Shown: positions 18,152-26,228 of the stretch, piece by piece
Layout of the letters: each line of letters starts with the position of its first letter
Position numbering within the stretch: the stretch's first letter is position 1
IMG/VR virus record: IMGVR_UViG_3300020592_000114
Location: 1-30,122 of that record
DNA: 30,122 nt
Reading direction: 5' to 3' (one strand)
Source of the DNA: a virus
Taxonomy: Duplodnaviria > Caudoviricetes
Translations under genes and position numbers: made by a program
The notes under the pieces: generated by a model
What the model was told of the DNA's origin: nothing
Database searches by the model: none
The model's input: the letters and a program-made list of their open reading frames with translations, nothing else

Positions 18152-18397
18152 TCAAACGACAGTCGGGCGCTTACGCGTGCTCTCTTCTCCGCTGAGAATA
18201 ACGGAGCGAAGGTGAGCGCGTATGCCTCGGATCACGCGGACCCTATCTGTAAGCATCCGACGCTTTCGGTCGGACCAGAAGGGTGCGCGCAGAATTTCAT
18301 CAAGTGTGTCCCGCTCTATGCGGTCTAGCGCCTCGTTAAGGAGAGGCTCATCAAGAAGCCTGCGTGCCTCTGCGGCGCGCCGTTCTTTGTCGTTCAT
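18152..18397 (-). CDS. Small head-assembly-region protein
   Basis: A..LL..PL..EA helical pattern; between portal and scaffold. Confidence 0.7.
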   Translation of the reverse strand: MNDKERRAAEARRLLDEPLLNEALDRIERDTLDEILRAPFWSDRKRRMLTDRVRVIRGIRAHLRSVILSGEESTRKRPTVV

Positions 18398-18401
18398 GCG
18401 G

Positions 18402-18827
18402 TTAGGCCGAAATTGTCAACGTGAACACGTCAAGGTCTGCGGTATTGGTGTGGGCGTCGGTGGCCCTCACGCTGAGATTCGGGAACGTGCCGCTTTCAGT
18501 CGGCGTTCCCGATACTGCCCCATTTCCTGAATTTACGGAAATACCGGCTGGCCACGTTCCAACCAGGGAATAGACGTATGGCCCCTGGCCGCCGCTCGCG
18601 GACGCGCTGAACCCGGCATAGGCAACATTGATGGTCCCTGTGGTCACGGGGGACCCGGATATGGCGAGGCCAACAACAGCGCCGCCCTGCTTGGCCATAT
18701 CCTGCCAGAAGCCAGCCCCACGGGTTTTCAGATCGCCATCGGTCAGGTTAGCAGATACATCACCGCCCTGGCGCACCATATCGCCAATGCCGCTTGCTCC
18801 ACCGTAGCGGAATTTGTCGTTAGACAT
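18402..18827 (-). CDS. Putative Ig-domain (He_PIG-like) decoration protein
   Basis: GG..PY.YS....P.G.S....G..SGTPT..G.F....V..TD; SD AGGAG. Confidence 0.8.
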   Translation of the reverse strand: MSNDKFRYGGASGIGDMVRQGGDVSANLTDGDLKTRGAGFWQDMAKQGGAVVGLAISGSPVTTGTINVAYAGFSASASGGQGPYVYSLVGTWPAGISVNSGNGAVSGTPTESGTFPNLSVRATDAHTNTADLDVFTLTISA

Positions 18828-18848
18828 GGGGAACTCCTAGGATATCAG

Positions 18849-19229
18849 TCAAGTTAGCGGCTCGCTCACGAAGGCCGCTGCGCCCATACGGCGGATGGCT
18901 CTATCTACGACACGTAATTCTTTCTTCACGGCTCTTTCTAAGACGGCTTCGGCTTTCCTTGCACCGCGCAATTTCTCACCCCAAGTTGCCTCCAACTGAA
19001 GGAGCAAATTAGTGTCATTTGGAAACGTATCGCGTAGCGATTCGACAGACCGGATGCCCAACCACAAGCTCTCTATTTTTCGGTATGCGTCGGGATGTTC
19101 GTCTAACAAGCGATCTGTGGCGGCATAAAAGGCCCGCCGTGCCTGGGCACATTCTTCAGCAGCATTCTGCGCGATGTCCCGGATCTGCTCGATCCCCGCC
19201 CCGCTATTGCGGGACTCGTCGCTCGACAT
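18849..19229 (-). CDS. Hypothetical helical protein inserted after the portal gene
   Basis: 126-aa ORF filling the gap; SD-like AAGGA; more AT-rich codons. Confidence 0.6.
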   Translation of the reverse strand: MSSDESRNSGAGIEQIRDIAQNAAEECAQARRAFYAATDRLLDEHPDAYRKIESLWLGIRSVESLRDTFPNDTNLLLQLEATWGEKLRGARKAEAVLERAVKKELRVVDRAIRRMGAAAFVSEPLT

Positions 19230-19234
19230 AGGCT

Positions 19235-21412
19235 CTATTCCTTCGCTGTTGCTTTGCGTTCGATGTTCACATCCGCCTGCCTTTCCTGGATGGCGGCGTT
19301 CATGCGGTTAGCCTCAGCCGTAAGCGCTGCCTCGAGCTGCATTTCCTCGCGGCGTAGCTGTGCATCGAGGATGGCGTTTTCCCTCTTCTGCTGGCGCTCG
19401 AATTCCGCCTTCTCACGGGCAACCTGCATCTCCATGGCGTGCTTTTCGCGCATGGCCTCCATGTCGAGGGCGTTCTTCTGTCGCTGCGTCTCGATGGAAG
19501 CGGCGGCCTTCTGCTGCTCTAGCTGTATCTGCGCCTGGGACTTCTGCGCCTCGATCTGAAGCTTTGCCTGCTCGGCCATCACTTTCGGGTCAGGCTGCTG
19601 CTGTTGCTGCGCCATCACCTGAAGCGTCTGCTGGTCCACCTCACCGAAGTATTCGTCGGGGTTGCGAAGCCCTGACATTTCGATCAGCTTGCGCAGCGTA
19701 TTCGCGTATTTATCAATGCCACAGACAGGGTTCATCGGCCCCGCCTGAGCGATGATTTGCTCCTGCTTGGCGGCGATCTGCATCAGGATGGCCGCATCAC
19801 GATCCCGAGAACCAGAGCCAAGGCCAACATTAACGTTGAAATCCATGTTGGCATTCCAACCACGCGGGTCCATCTCCACCCACTGATTGCGCAGGCGGAT
19901 CGTACGTGGGCGATCCTGGTTCTGAACTATCAACTTCAGGATGCAGCGGAAAAACCTCTTGAAGCCCATCTCAGCGAAATTGCGGGCGACAAGCTCTATC
20001 TTGGAATAGGCGGCAGACTGCGCCGCGTTGACCGCCGTAGCCGATTGGTTCTGCAACGCCTCAAGATCCAGCGCCATCGTGGAGCGGGACACGCCCGTCC
20101 TGCGCTCAATCATCTGGTCCATGTAATCGAGACCAGTCAGCGCCTCCTTGGCGATGAAGGGCACAACAGAAGTCGCCACCGCATTGCTGACGTTGCCCTT
20201 AACCCGGATCACATTGCCAATGGCTCGGTCGTACAGGGCGTCCGGGTTCTCAATGACGGACTCGTCAACTACCCGGTCGGGGATGTTGCTCTGATACAGA
20301 TTGTCGAGCATCTGCCGCAGCAGAGTCGTCTTAACGCGCTGGATATCTTCCGTATCATTGAAGACAGATCGGCCCTGCCAGCGGTGCGGCACGCGTTCGG
20401 CAACGAAATCCGTGAAGGGAACTTCGGTTTCCCAAACCTCCCAATCCAGAACCTTCGTGTTCCCTGCCCCACCGACAAGAACACGTAGCGTCTCTGCTAC
20501 CCCATCGCCATCATAATCGACCTTGATGTAACTCTCGATGATCTCAACTTCTTCCGTTGACTTATCGAGGCCAGGGGATGAGACAAACGCGCCAACCTGC
20601 TCCTTACGGGCGACATCAACCCGGTCAAAGCTCATCGTGTTGCCCCAAGTGGGGAGGTTATCCACCTCCTCACGGTCAAGGCCCATTTCAATCAGTTCTG
20701 AGCGGGTTCTCAGGGAACGGTGACCGACAAAACGCGCGTCCTCGATATCGGTGGCGCGAGCATCGATCAGGAATTCTTCAGGTGGAACAGCTTTAATCCT
20801 GAGGCAGCCATCCTCATAAGTGCGCTTGATCTTGACCGAATGGAGCAACACCGGCTGCTCGGAGCCATCAGGACCCGGCAAATAGCTTTCGCTGGTCTCG
20901 TGGGCCAGAACCTCGATGTCATCATCGTTCAGGAGAACCGCCATCTGGTCATCTGTGAGACCGGATAGCATGTGAGTCTCAACCTTCTCTGTCCGGTCCC
21001 ACCAGTGCTTCACGACACCGTTGGCGTGGAGCAAAGAATCGTGGAACACGTCCCAAAAGACCTGATAGCCGTCACACTCGCGCAGGACGATATAATTGAC
21101 GTAATCCGTGGCCTGGCGGGCTGCCTCCTCGTCCTCCGGCTGCTGGGGGTCGTATTGGCCCAGATTGTCAGCAGAAAAGAACACGCGCATGAGACCCGGC
21201 AGCATCCAGCCGATGGTATCCTGCACGTCATGCGTGGTGACGGATGAGCGGCCCTCTTCGCTCGGCAGATCACGCATTTCACCGCGATAATACTCTATCG
21301 CCCGAATGCGGTCCTTCTTGAAGTCAGATCGGTCGTATTCGATGGCGGCAGCTATCTCGGCCTGCACGAGCGTGCCGATCTCCTGCTCTGTCATACGCTT
21401 GCGCTGAGCCAT
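19235..21412 (-). CDS. Portal protein (podovirus type)
   Basis: About 725 aa after terL; P.LMR.F, A.QAT.YVNY, VPPEEF; Q-rich C-terminal coiled coil. Confidence 0.92.
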   Translation of the reverse strand: MAQRKRMTEQEIGTLVQAEIAAAIEYDRSDFKKDRIRAIEYYRGEMRDLPSEEGRSSVTTHDVQDTIGWMLPGLMRVFFSADNLGQYDPQQPEDEEAARQATDYVNYIVLRECDGYQVFWDVFHDSLLHANGVVKHWWDRTEKVETHMLSGLTDDQMAVLLNDDDIEVLAHETSESYLPGPDGSEQPVLLHSVKIKRTYEDGCLRIKAVPPEEFLIDARATDIEDARFVGHRSLRTRSELIEMGLDREEVDNLPTWGNTMSFDRVDVARKEQVGAFVSSPGLDKSTEEVEIIESYIKVDYDGDGVAETLRVLVGGAGNTKVLDWEVWETEVPFTDFVAERVPHRWQGRSVFNDTEDIQRVKTTLLRQMLDNLYQSNIPDRVVDESVIENPDALYDRAIGNVIRVKGNVSNAVATSVVPFIAKEALTGLDYMDQMIERRTGVSRSTMALDLEALQNQSATAVNAAQSAAYSKIELVARNFAEMGFKRFFRCILKLIVQNQDRPRTIRLRNQWVEMDPRGWNANMDFNVNVGLGSGSRDRDAAILMQIAAKQEQIIAQAGPMNPVCGIDKYANTLRKLIEMSGLRNPDEYFGEVDQQTLQVMAQQQQQPDPKVMAEQAKLQIEAQKSQAQIQLEQQKAAASIETQRQKNALDMEAMREKHAMEMQVAREKAEFERQQKRENAILDAQLRREEMQLEAALTAEANRMNAAIQERQADVNIERKATAKE

Positions 21413-21443
21413 CAATATTTCCCAATTTCAACCAGCAATAGGT

Positions 21444-21474
21444 AAAACCCCGCAATCCAATCAGATTACGGGGC
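21444..21474 (-). terminator. Probable intrinsic terminator between terL and portal
   Basis: CCCCGTAATC-6 nt-GATTGCGGGG-TTTT. Confidence 0.65.
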
Positions 21475-21497
21475 TGTCCATTCTCTTTCAGGTTGTG

Positions 21498-22934
21498 CTA
21501 AACCAGACCCTTGATTCGGGGAGCGGCAACAAACTTCCGCTTGGGCACGGTGGCGAAGCGGAGCATCATGAAGGCGTAGCGAGAAGCGCTGATCACGTCA
21601 TCGCGCTCTTTGACGATCACGCCATCCTTGCGGTGATACATGCGGCGTTCTTCAAGCCAGCTGACGCAGTTGGAGAAGACTTTCCATCTTCCCGTCTGCA
21701 TCCGGTCCAGCATGTCGATCACGCCAGCCTCGACGCCAAAGCCGCCATCGGCAAACGTCGCCTTTTCCGGCAACATCGCCAGACCTTGGGCCGCGTAAAG
21801 CTCCTTGTACTCGACACCGCTCTGGTCCTTGTCGCGGCGGAGGCCGTCATGCGGCCATGCCCACGGCAACCAGCCTCCCCACGGCTTCAGTGCAGCGGCG
21901 TGGATGACTGGCGTTGCATGTGATTTGCGATAATCAGCCACGACATACACAACGTCATTGTCGCGGTCGTGGGCGAGCTTCACCGCCCCGAATGGATGAT
22001 CATAACCGAAGTCCATTCCGCCGATCTGCGCCCAATGGTCGGGTATGGCGAATGGCTCGACCACAATCTCCTCTTCCGCCACCGGGAAGATGAGGCCGGA
22101 TCCAAGAGATGGAACACCCTTTGTTCGCGCCTCCCGCTCATGTGGCGGGTAGCTGGCAATGATCTTGGCCCGTTCTTCCTCGGTGTAGTGCTCCGCGTCG
22201 TGGATCGTCATCGACGTAACGGAGCGGTCCTCCGAATCCTCCAGAAGGTAACGGGCCACAACGCTCGACATGCCCTTGAGGGGCGTGAAGGTCACCATTA
22301 CCCGGCCCTTGGTGGCGTTGGTGCGGGTGATGCCCTCCATATACACATCTTCGGGCGGCTCTTCGTCAAACCAGACGAAATGCACCGTGTTGGCCTGCCA
22401 TTTAGACCGGCCCTGGTCATAGCTCTTGAAGTAGAGCGTGGAATATTCGCCGCTTACATGGCGCACCGTGACGCTGTCGAGAGCGTTTGGTACGCCTTGC
22501 CTGCGGGTTCGGTCCGAGATGCAGCGCTGCGGTATTGCGCCCGTGCCCCATTCCTCTTCGCGATCTGGCGGGCCAATAAGCAGGCGCTGGACGCCATCAC
22601 GTGTCAGTTCGCCAGACTCGGAACCAGCAAGCGCTACGATGGGGCCATCAAAACGCTGGCCCCTCCACCAGTCGGGATATTCCCCCGTAAGGTGCATGGC
22701 TGTTTCATAGGCTCCGGCCCAGGTTTTCCCGAGCTGGTTGCCCGCCATGAAAAGCCGCTCTCGCTGTGGCTTCTCGTGAAATTCCTTCTGCTTGGGATAG
22801 GGCTTGTAGTGCTTGAGCTTGTTAGTGCGCAGTCGGCGCTCGATCTCCGCCGTCAACTCCATCCTCTCCCTGAGAAGAGAGGAAAGGTCTGATGGTGGCG
22901 TCGAGCTTGCGGATGCGTTCAAGGAGTTGGTCAT
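21498..22934 (-). CDS. terL: Terminase large subunit (P22 gp2-like); true start may be near 22856-22862
   Basis: AGNQLGKT Walker A, WFDEEP Walker B, TFTP, GMDFG..HP and DD...ASRY nuclease motifs. Confidence 0.95.
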   Translation of the reverse strand: MTNSLNASASSTPPSDLSSLLRERMELTAEIERRLRTNKLKHYKPYPKQKEFHEKPQRERLFMAGNQLGKTWAGAYETAMHLTGEYPDWWRGQRFDGPIVALAGSESGELTRDGVQRLLIGPPDREEEWGTGAIPQRCISDRTRRQGVPNALDSVTVRHVSGEYSTLYFKSYDQGRSKWQANTVHFVWFDEEPPEDVYMEGITRTNATKGRVMVTFTPLKGMSSVVARYLLEDSEDRSVTSMTIHDAEHYTEEERAKIIASYPPHEREARTKGVPSLGSGLIFPVAEEEIVVEPFAIPDHWAQIGGMDFGYDHPFGAVKLAHDRDNDVVYVVADYRKSHATPVIHAAALKPWGGWLPWAWPHDGLRRDKDQSGVEYKELYAAQGLAMLPEKATFADGGFGVEAGVIDMLDRMQTGRWKVFSNCVSWLEERRMYHRKDGVIVKERDDVISASRYAFMMLRFATVPKRKFVAAPRIKGLV

Positions 22935-23217
22935 CCGTCATCTGATCGATCTGGTTCACATTGATGTTGAGATCGCGTGGGAGGATTGAGGCAACGACCT
23001 TCAGGTAAGCGTCAGGCTTCTTCTCACGGACTTCTCGGATCGCTGCCGGTCCATTCGCCTCCCAGTCTGCCAGCATGTCTTCCAGAAAGGCTTCACCGAG
23101 CTTGTTGCGTGAGCCCTTCGGACGCCCGGATGGGTTGCCGGATTGCCCAGGTTGCCAAGGCGCCTTCAGGTGTTTTTTAGGTGTAGGTTCACCGCTGTCG
23201 GTCATATAATCTGCCAC
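22822..23217 (-). CDS. terS: Terminase small subunit-like (DUF5681-type); start GTG 23217 or ATG 23205
   Basis: WQPGQSGNPSGRPKGSRNKL motif; overlaps the terL start. Confidence 0.8.
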   Translation of the reverse strand: MADYMTDSGEPTPKKHLKAPWQPGQSGNPSGRPKGSRNKLGEAFLEDMLADWEANGPAAIREVREKKPDAYLKVVASILPRDLNINVNQIDQMTDDQLLERIRKLDATIRPFLSSQGEDGVDGGDRAPTAH

Positions 23218-23238
23218 AGAGGTTAGGAGGGGTTGGCT

Positions 23239-23406
23239 ATGATCTGGTTTGCGATAGGTGGCGTATTAGGGATGGCGCAGCTTGGAGTGAGCCTTATAAG
23301 AAGGCCGACAACCATGGGCCACCCCATACAGGGTTTCGTAGCCGCTGCCATTTTGGGCGCCCTGATATACGGAGGGATTCTCTGGCTATTGACCCGGCTG
23401 CTGTGA
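23239..23406 (+). CDS. 55-aa two-TM membrane protein (antisense moron)
   Basis: Manually translated MIWFAIGGVLGMAQLGVSLIRRPTTMGTPIQGFVAAAILGALIYGGILWLLTRLL; SD AGGAGG; TATAAT at 23205-23210. Confidence 0.75.
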   Translation: MIWFAIGGVLGMAQLGVSLIRRPTTMGHPIQGFVAAAILGALIYGGILWLLTRLL

Positions 23407-23574
23407 CCGAAGCGTGCTTGCTAGGATTTCTGCGACCTTATGGGGGTCGGCCCAATACGGCATAGCCAGGTCAATAACGATTCCGTCTATGAGGAGCGCA
23501 TGACTGTCTTTAGTGCAGACGACCTGCGCATCCTTCATTGCTGCCTTGAACTTCTCAACATCTTGCGGCGTCAT
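23386..23574 (-). CDS. Hypothetical protein
   Basis: Abuts the upstream stop (TGAATG); SD GAGGAG. Confidence 0.65.
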   Translation of the reverse strand: MTPQDVEKFKAAMKDAQVVCTKDSHALLIDGIVIDLAMPYWADPHKVAEILASTLRSQQPGQ

Positions 23575-23754
23575 TCAATCCAACTCCTCGACCATCCTGG
23601 CTTCTGCCCTCAGGATCTCAGACACGCGCTCACGGCTCATGTGGGTGAGCATGAGAGAGACAGCGCATTCGAGATACGAAACACTATTGCGCTCCAGATA
23701 GAGCTGCGATCTTTCCGCGCTTAACTCGTCTATGCGCTTGGTGCTGTCGGGCAT
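23575..23754 (-). CDS. Hypothetical 59-aa protein (MPDSTKRIDEL...)
   Basis: Manually translated; SD GAGG; fills the gap exactly. Confidence 0.65.
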   Translation of the reverse strand: MPDSTKRIDELSAERSQLYLERNSVSYLECAVSLMLTHMSRERVSEILRAEARMVEELD

Positions 23755-23763
23755 GAGATGCCT

Positions 23764-23952
23764 CTATTTCAGGAGCAGAGCCGCCGCGATGAAGGCAACG
23801 ACGCCCGAAGCGCACACAACTGAAAGCACCGCCATTGACGGCAGGGCGAAGAACCATGCTAGCGGCACCATTAGAAGCGCGGCGGTGAACATCGCTGCAC
23901 CAGCAGCGGCACCCCAAAACAAGACAACCAACCCACTCAGATCAGGCATCAC
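23764..23952 (-). CDS. Small two-TM membrane protein
   Basis: Almost entirely hydrophobic; tight gene packing. Confidence 0.65.
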   Translation of the reverse strand: MMPDLSGLVVLFWGAAAGAAMFTAALLMVPLAWFFALPSMAVLSVVCASGVVAFIAAALLLK

Positions 23953-24139
23953 TCTTGAACCTCACAAAGCCAATGGGCTCCATCTTCCGACGAGCCATGA
24001 TCTTGTCGCCGTTGTGATCAACCACGCCCGTATCGATTAGCTCGTGCTCCTCGTAGACAGTGCGGGCGAGGTAGTTTTCCCCATCTGGTTCATGATCAAT
24101 GTCTGCCGAGCGGCGCTTGATGAAGTACTCACGTGTCAT
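23942..24139 (-). CDS. Hypothetical protein (MTREYFIKRR...)
   Basis: ATGA coupling; DTG..D..G..I......PIGF pattern. Confidence 0.65.
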   Translation of the reverse strand: MTREYFIKRRSADIDHEPDGENYLARTVYEEHELIDTGVVDHNGDKIMARRKMEPIGFVRFKSDA

Positions 24140-24267
24140 GAGAACATCTCGTCGTGCTCTGCCCACTTCTGGCAGCATACGCACGTGGGTTCGAAGTCAG
24201 GGCAGCGAGAACCCCATATGCGGCGAGTGTAAAGCCATGAGATGAGGCGATCTACCATGTTGCCCAT
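24136..24267 (-). CDS. 43-aa Cys-rich protein
   Basis: Manually translated MGNMVDRLISWLYTRRIWGSRCPDFEPTCVCCQKWAEHDEMFS; SD GGAG; ATGA coupling. Confidence 0.6.
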   Translation of the reverse strand: MGNMVDRLISWLYTRRIWGSRCPDFEPTCVCCQKWAEHDEMFS

Positions 24268-24279
24268 GTGATGCTCCCG

Positions 24280-24645
24280 TCAGGACGAGCGCGGACCATT
24301 CAATGCTGGAAGAAGCCCATCGGTAGAACCGGCTTCCAGCAATTCCTCGAAAGCGCGGCCGAACGCCTCTTCGGCTTTCTCTCTCAAAAGTCTCTCCATC
24401 GGAGTCTCTGGCTTGTTCCGACGCTGATATTCTCGCTCTATCATGAGGAGCTGGAACTCATTTTCACGCTCTTGCCGAGAGAGCCCCAATTTATGCCAAT
24501 GTTGTTTGTACTCCGAGAGCTCTGAATCTCGACATATGGGGCAGTCGCAACTGAGCGGCATGAGCGGTCCTTCCGGCTGGTTAGGACAGAACTCGCCCGA
24601 CGCACATTCGCAATGCGGGTCAAAGCAGATGGTCCGAGGATGCAT
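24280..24645 (-). CDS. Hypothetical Cys-containing protein; start may be 24561
   Basis: CDCPIC motif, helical C-terminus. Confidence 0.55.
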   Translation of the reverse strand: MHPRTICFDPHCECASGEFCPNQPEGPLMPLSCDCPICRDSELSEYKQHWHKLGLSRQERENEFQLLMIEREYQRRNKPETPMERLLREKAEEAFGRAFEELLEAGSTDGLLPALNGPRSS

Positions 24646-24648
24646 CGC

Positions 24649-25209
24649 GCCGTCCTGATTACTGACCCCAGGAGCATGTCACAAGACAGAGGCCGACCTG
24701 GGGTGTACTGGTTGTCAGGACGGGCGCGTCAATCCAGAAGTCACGCGCCAAGTTGCCGGAGTACTGGCTTACCGGCGAGACACAGAACTGTTACCAGCCT
24801 GGAGCGTCCTGATTAGTCTCGCCCGCCGATACCATACGCTCAGGGTGTAGGTGCCTTCTGGAGTGTTTCGATGGTGGCGGGCGATTGGTGAAATGATTTG
24901 AGGCCCCGCATTAACCGGTCTGCGGTGGGTAGGACTGTATCGGTTGTCCGGCCTCTGGCGACCCCTACGGGGCATGATGCGATACGGCACCTGCATGACT
25001 GGCAGCCTTCAATTCGAAGACCTTTGACTATCGACGGGGCAGGGCCACTTTACGACCAGCCTCTGACTTTCGGCGTCGCCACCATCCGGTGACCACCGCC
25101 GTATCGCAACTGTTTGGGCGCACCGGGGTAACTGTCTCTCACCCGGTTAAGGCCGACCGCGACAGCCAAGGCGGCCAATGTGTACACCCAACTCTTACCG
25201 CTTACGCGG
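24649..25209 (-). ncRNA. Putative structured ncRNA(s) or late leader
   Basis: No convincing ORF; contiguous nested inverted repeats; G-U pairs and a GUAA tetraloop favour the minus strand. Confidence 0.65.
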
Positions 25210-25213
25210 AATC

Positions 25214-25242
25214 AAAAAGGGCGCTCTTCTTACAAAGCGCCC
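25214..25242 (-). terminator. Promoter-proximal intrinsic terminator (tR'-like)
   Basis: GGGCGCT-10 nt-AGCGCCC-TTTTT. Confidence 0.75.
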
Positions 25243-25256
25243 ATCATCAATTTCAT

Positions 25257-25285
25257 CCCCTAGCATATTCGTTGACTCATTGCAA
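25257..25285 (-). promoter_or_regulatory. Putative late promoter (pR'-like)
   Basis: TTGCAA-17 bp-TAGGGG (preceded by GC) immediately after the stop of the Q-position gene. Confidence 0.55.
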
Positions 25286-25292
25286 CCTACAT

Positions 25293-25934
25293 CTAGGCCG
25301 CTTTGGCGATTCTATTCATCCTTTCCACAGCATTTAGTGCCAGACGCAAATCGCCGATTAGCCCCTCAAGCGATTTGTTCTCAATCACAATACCCTCGAC
25401 GGCCATCATCCCCATTGGGCCACTTGAGAGGATGGCAGTGCGCATAGCTTTCCACCTTTCTATGGCACGCTTGTCTCGCTTCTCGCGATCCTCATCAAAT
25501 GGGTCACTACCATCGAAGCCGCTCGGGCCACTGAAGTCGCTCGCTGAGCGTGGGTTCCTAGAGGCGATGGCGAACCGGTAATTCTCATAGGCCTGTTGAA
25601 CCTCTTTTGCAGTCTCCAGGTGCTGCGCCGTGAACATCATCGGGTTGATCTTGTCCGCTCCATTCTTCCTTTTGAATACCTCGTGCAATTCCTTCCAGGC
25701 ATGAATGACGGAACCGTGTTCCTGTTTTCGGGCCTCATCCCATGACAATGACGGGTCGAGTTGGCGGCGCTTCCATGTAGCAGCCTCCATCATCAGCTTG
25801 TATTCGAGAGTCTTTTGTGCGTCCTCGATCTCCTTGGCCTCCGCTGATCTCGATATGCGCCCACTCTCCGTACGCAAGACACCTGTTTTATGTGGCCTCC
25901 CTCGCCGCTTCTGCCCCTTTGTCCTTGCTTTCAT
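25293..25934 (-). CDS. Putative late-gene regulator/antiterminator (Q position)
   Basis: Last early gene before the promoter-terminator pair; basic KRRGRP N-terminus; LRLAL..L-type C-terminal helix; function inferred from position. Confidence 0.55.
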   Translation of the reverse strand: MKARTKGQKRRGRPHKTGVLRTESGRISRSAEAKEIEDAQKTLEYKLMMEAATWKRRQLDPSLSWDEARKQEHGSVIHAWKELHEVFKRKNGADKINPMMFTAQHLETAKEVQQAYENYRFAIASRNPRSASDFSGPSGFDGSDPFDEDREKRDKRAIERWKAMRTAILSSGPMGMMAVEGIVIENKSLEGLIGDLRLALNAVERMNRIAKAA

Positions 25935-25954
25935 TATAACCCCGCCGCTTGATA

Positions 25955-26224
25955 TCAGGCTCGTTGATAAGCTGGTCTGCCGCCGTTGATCCGCTTCTTA
26001 CGAGCCTCTGCGCAAAGCTCATCCAGTCTGCGCGAGAGGCTTACGACCTTCCTGGGTTCGGGCAGCGTGTAGAACTCCAGGAATGGGCCGTTCGTGTCGC
26101 TAAGGCGGATTTGCAGGGTCCAGTCTCCGCCGTCCCTGAAGATGGAGTAATCGACGCCGCGCCGGTCGGCCCAATCAGCGGCTTCTTCCAAGAGAGATTC
26201 GAACCTGTTCATTCTGCCCCTCAT
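25955..26224 (-). CDS. Hypothetical protein
   Basis: Fills the gap in the operon. Confidence 0.65.
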   Translation of the reverse strand: MRGRMNRFESLLEEAADWADRRGVDYSIFRDGGDWTLQIRLSDTNGPFLEFYTLPEPRKVVSLSRRLDELCAEARKKRINGGRPAYQRA

Positions 26225-26228
26225 CAGA

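Noticed and set aside
22822-22934. Long terS/terL overlap as a frameshift fusion
   Set aside because: Overlap is common in P22-like phages, a later terL start shortens it, and no slippery site is seen
24186-24216. GGGTTCGAAGTC resembling a tRNA T-loop
   Set aside because: No cloverleaf; lies within a coupled minus-strand ORF
24649-25209. Hammerhead ribozyme, tRNA or CRISPR array as the identity of the structured region
   Set aside because: No CUGANGA/GAAA core, no T-arm/CCA and no regularly spaced repeats seen by eye
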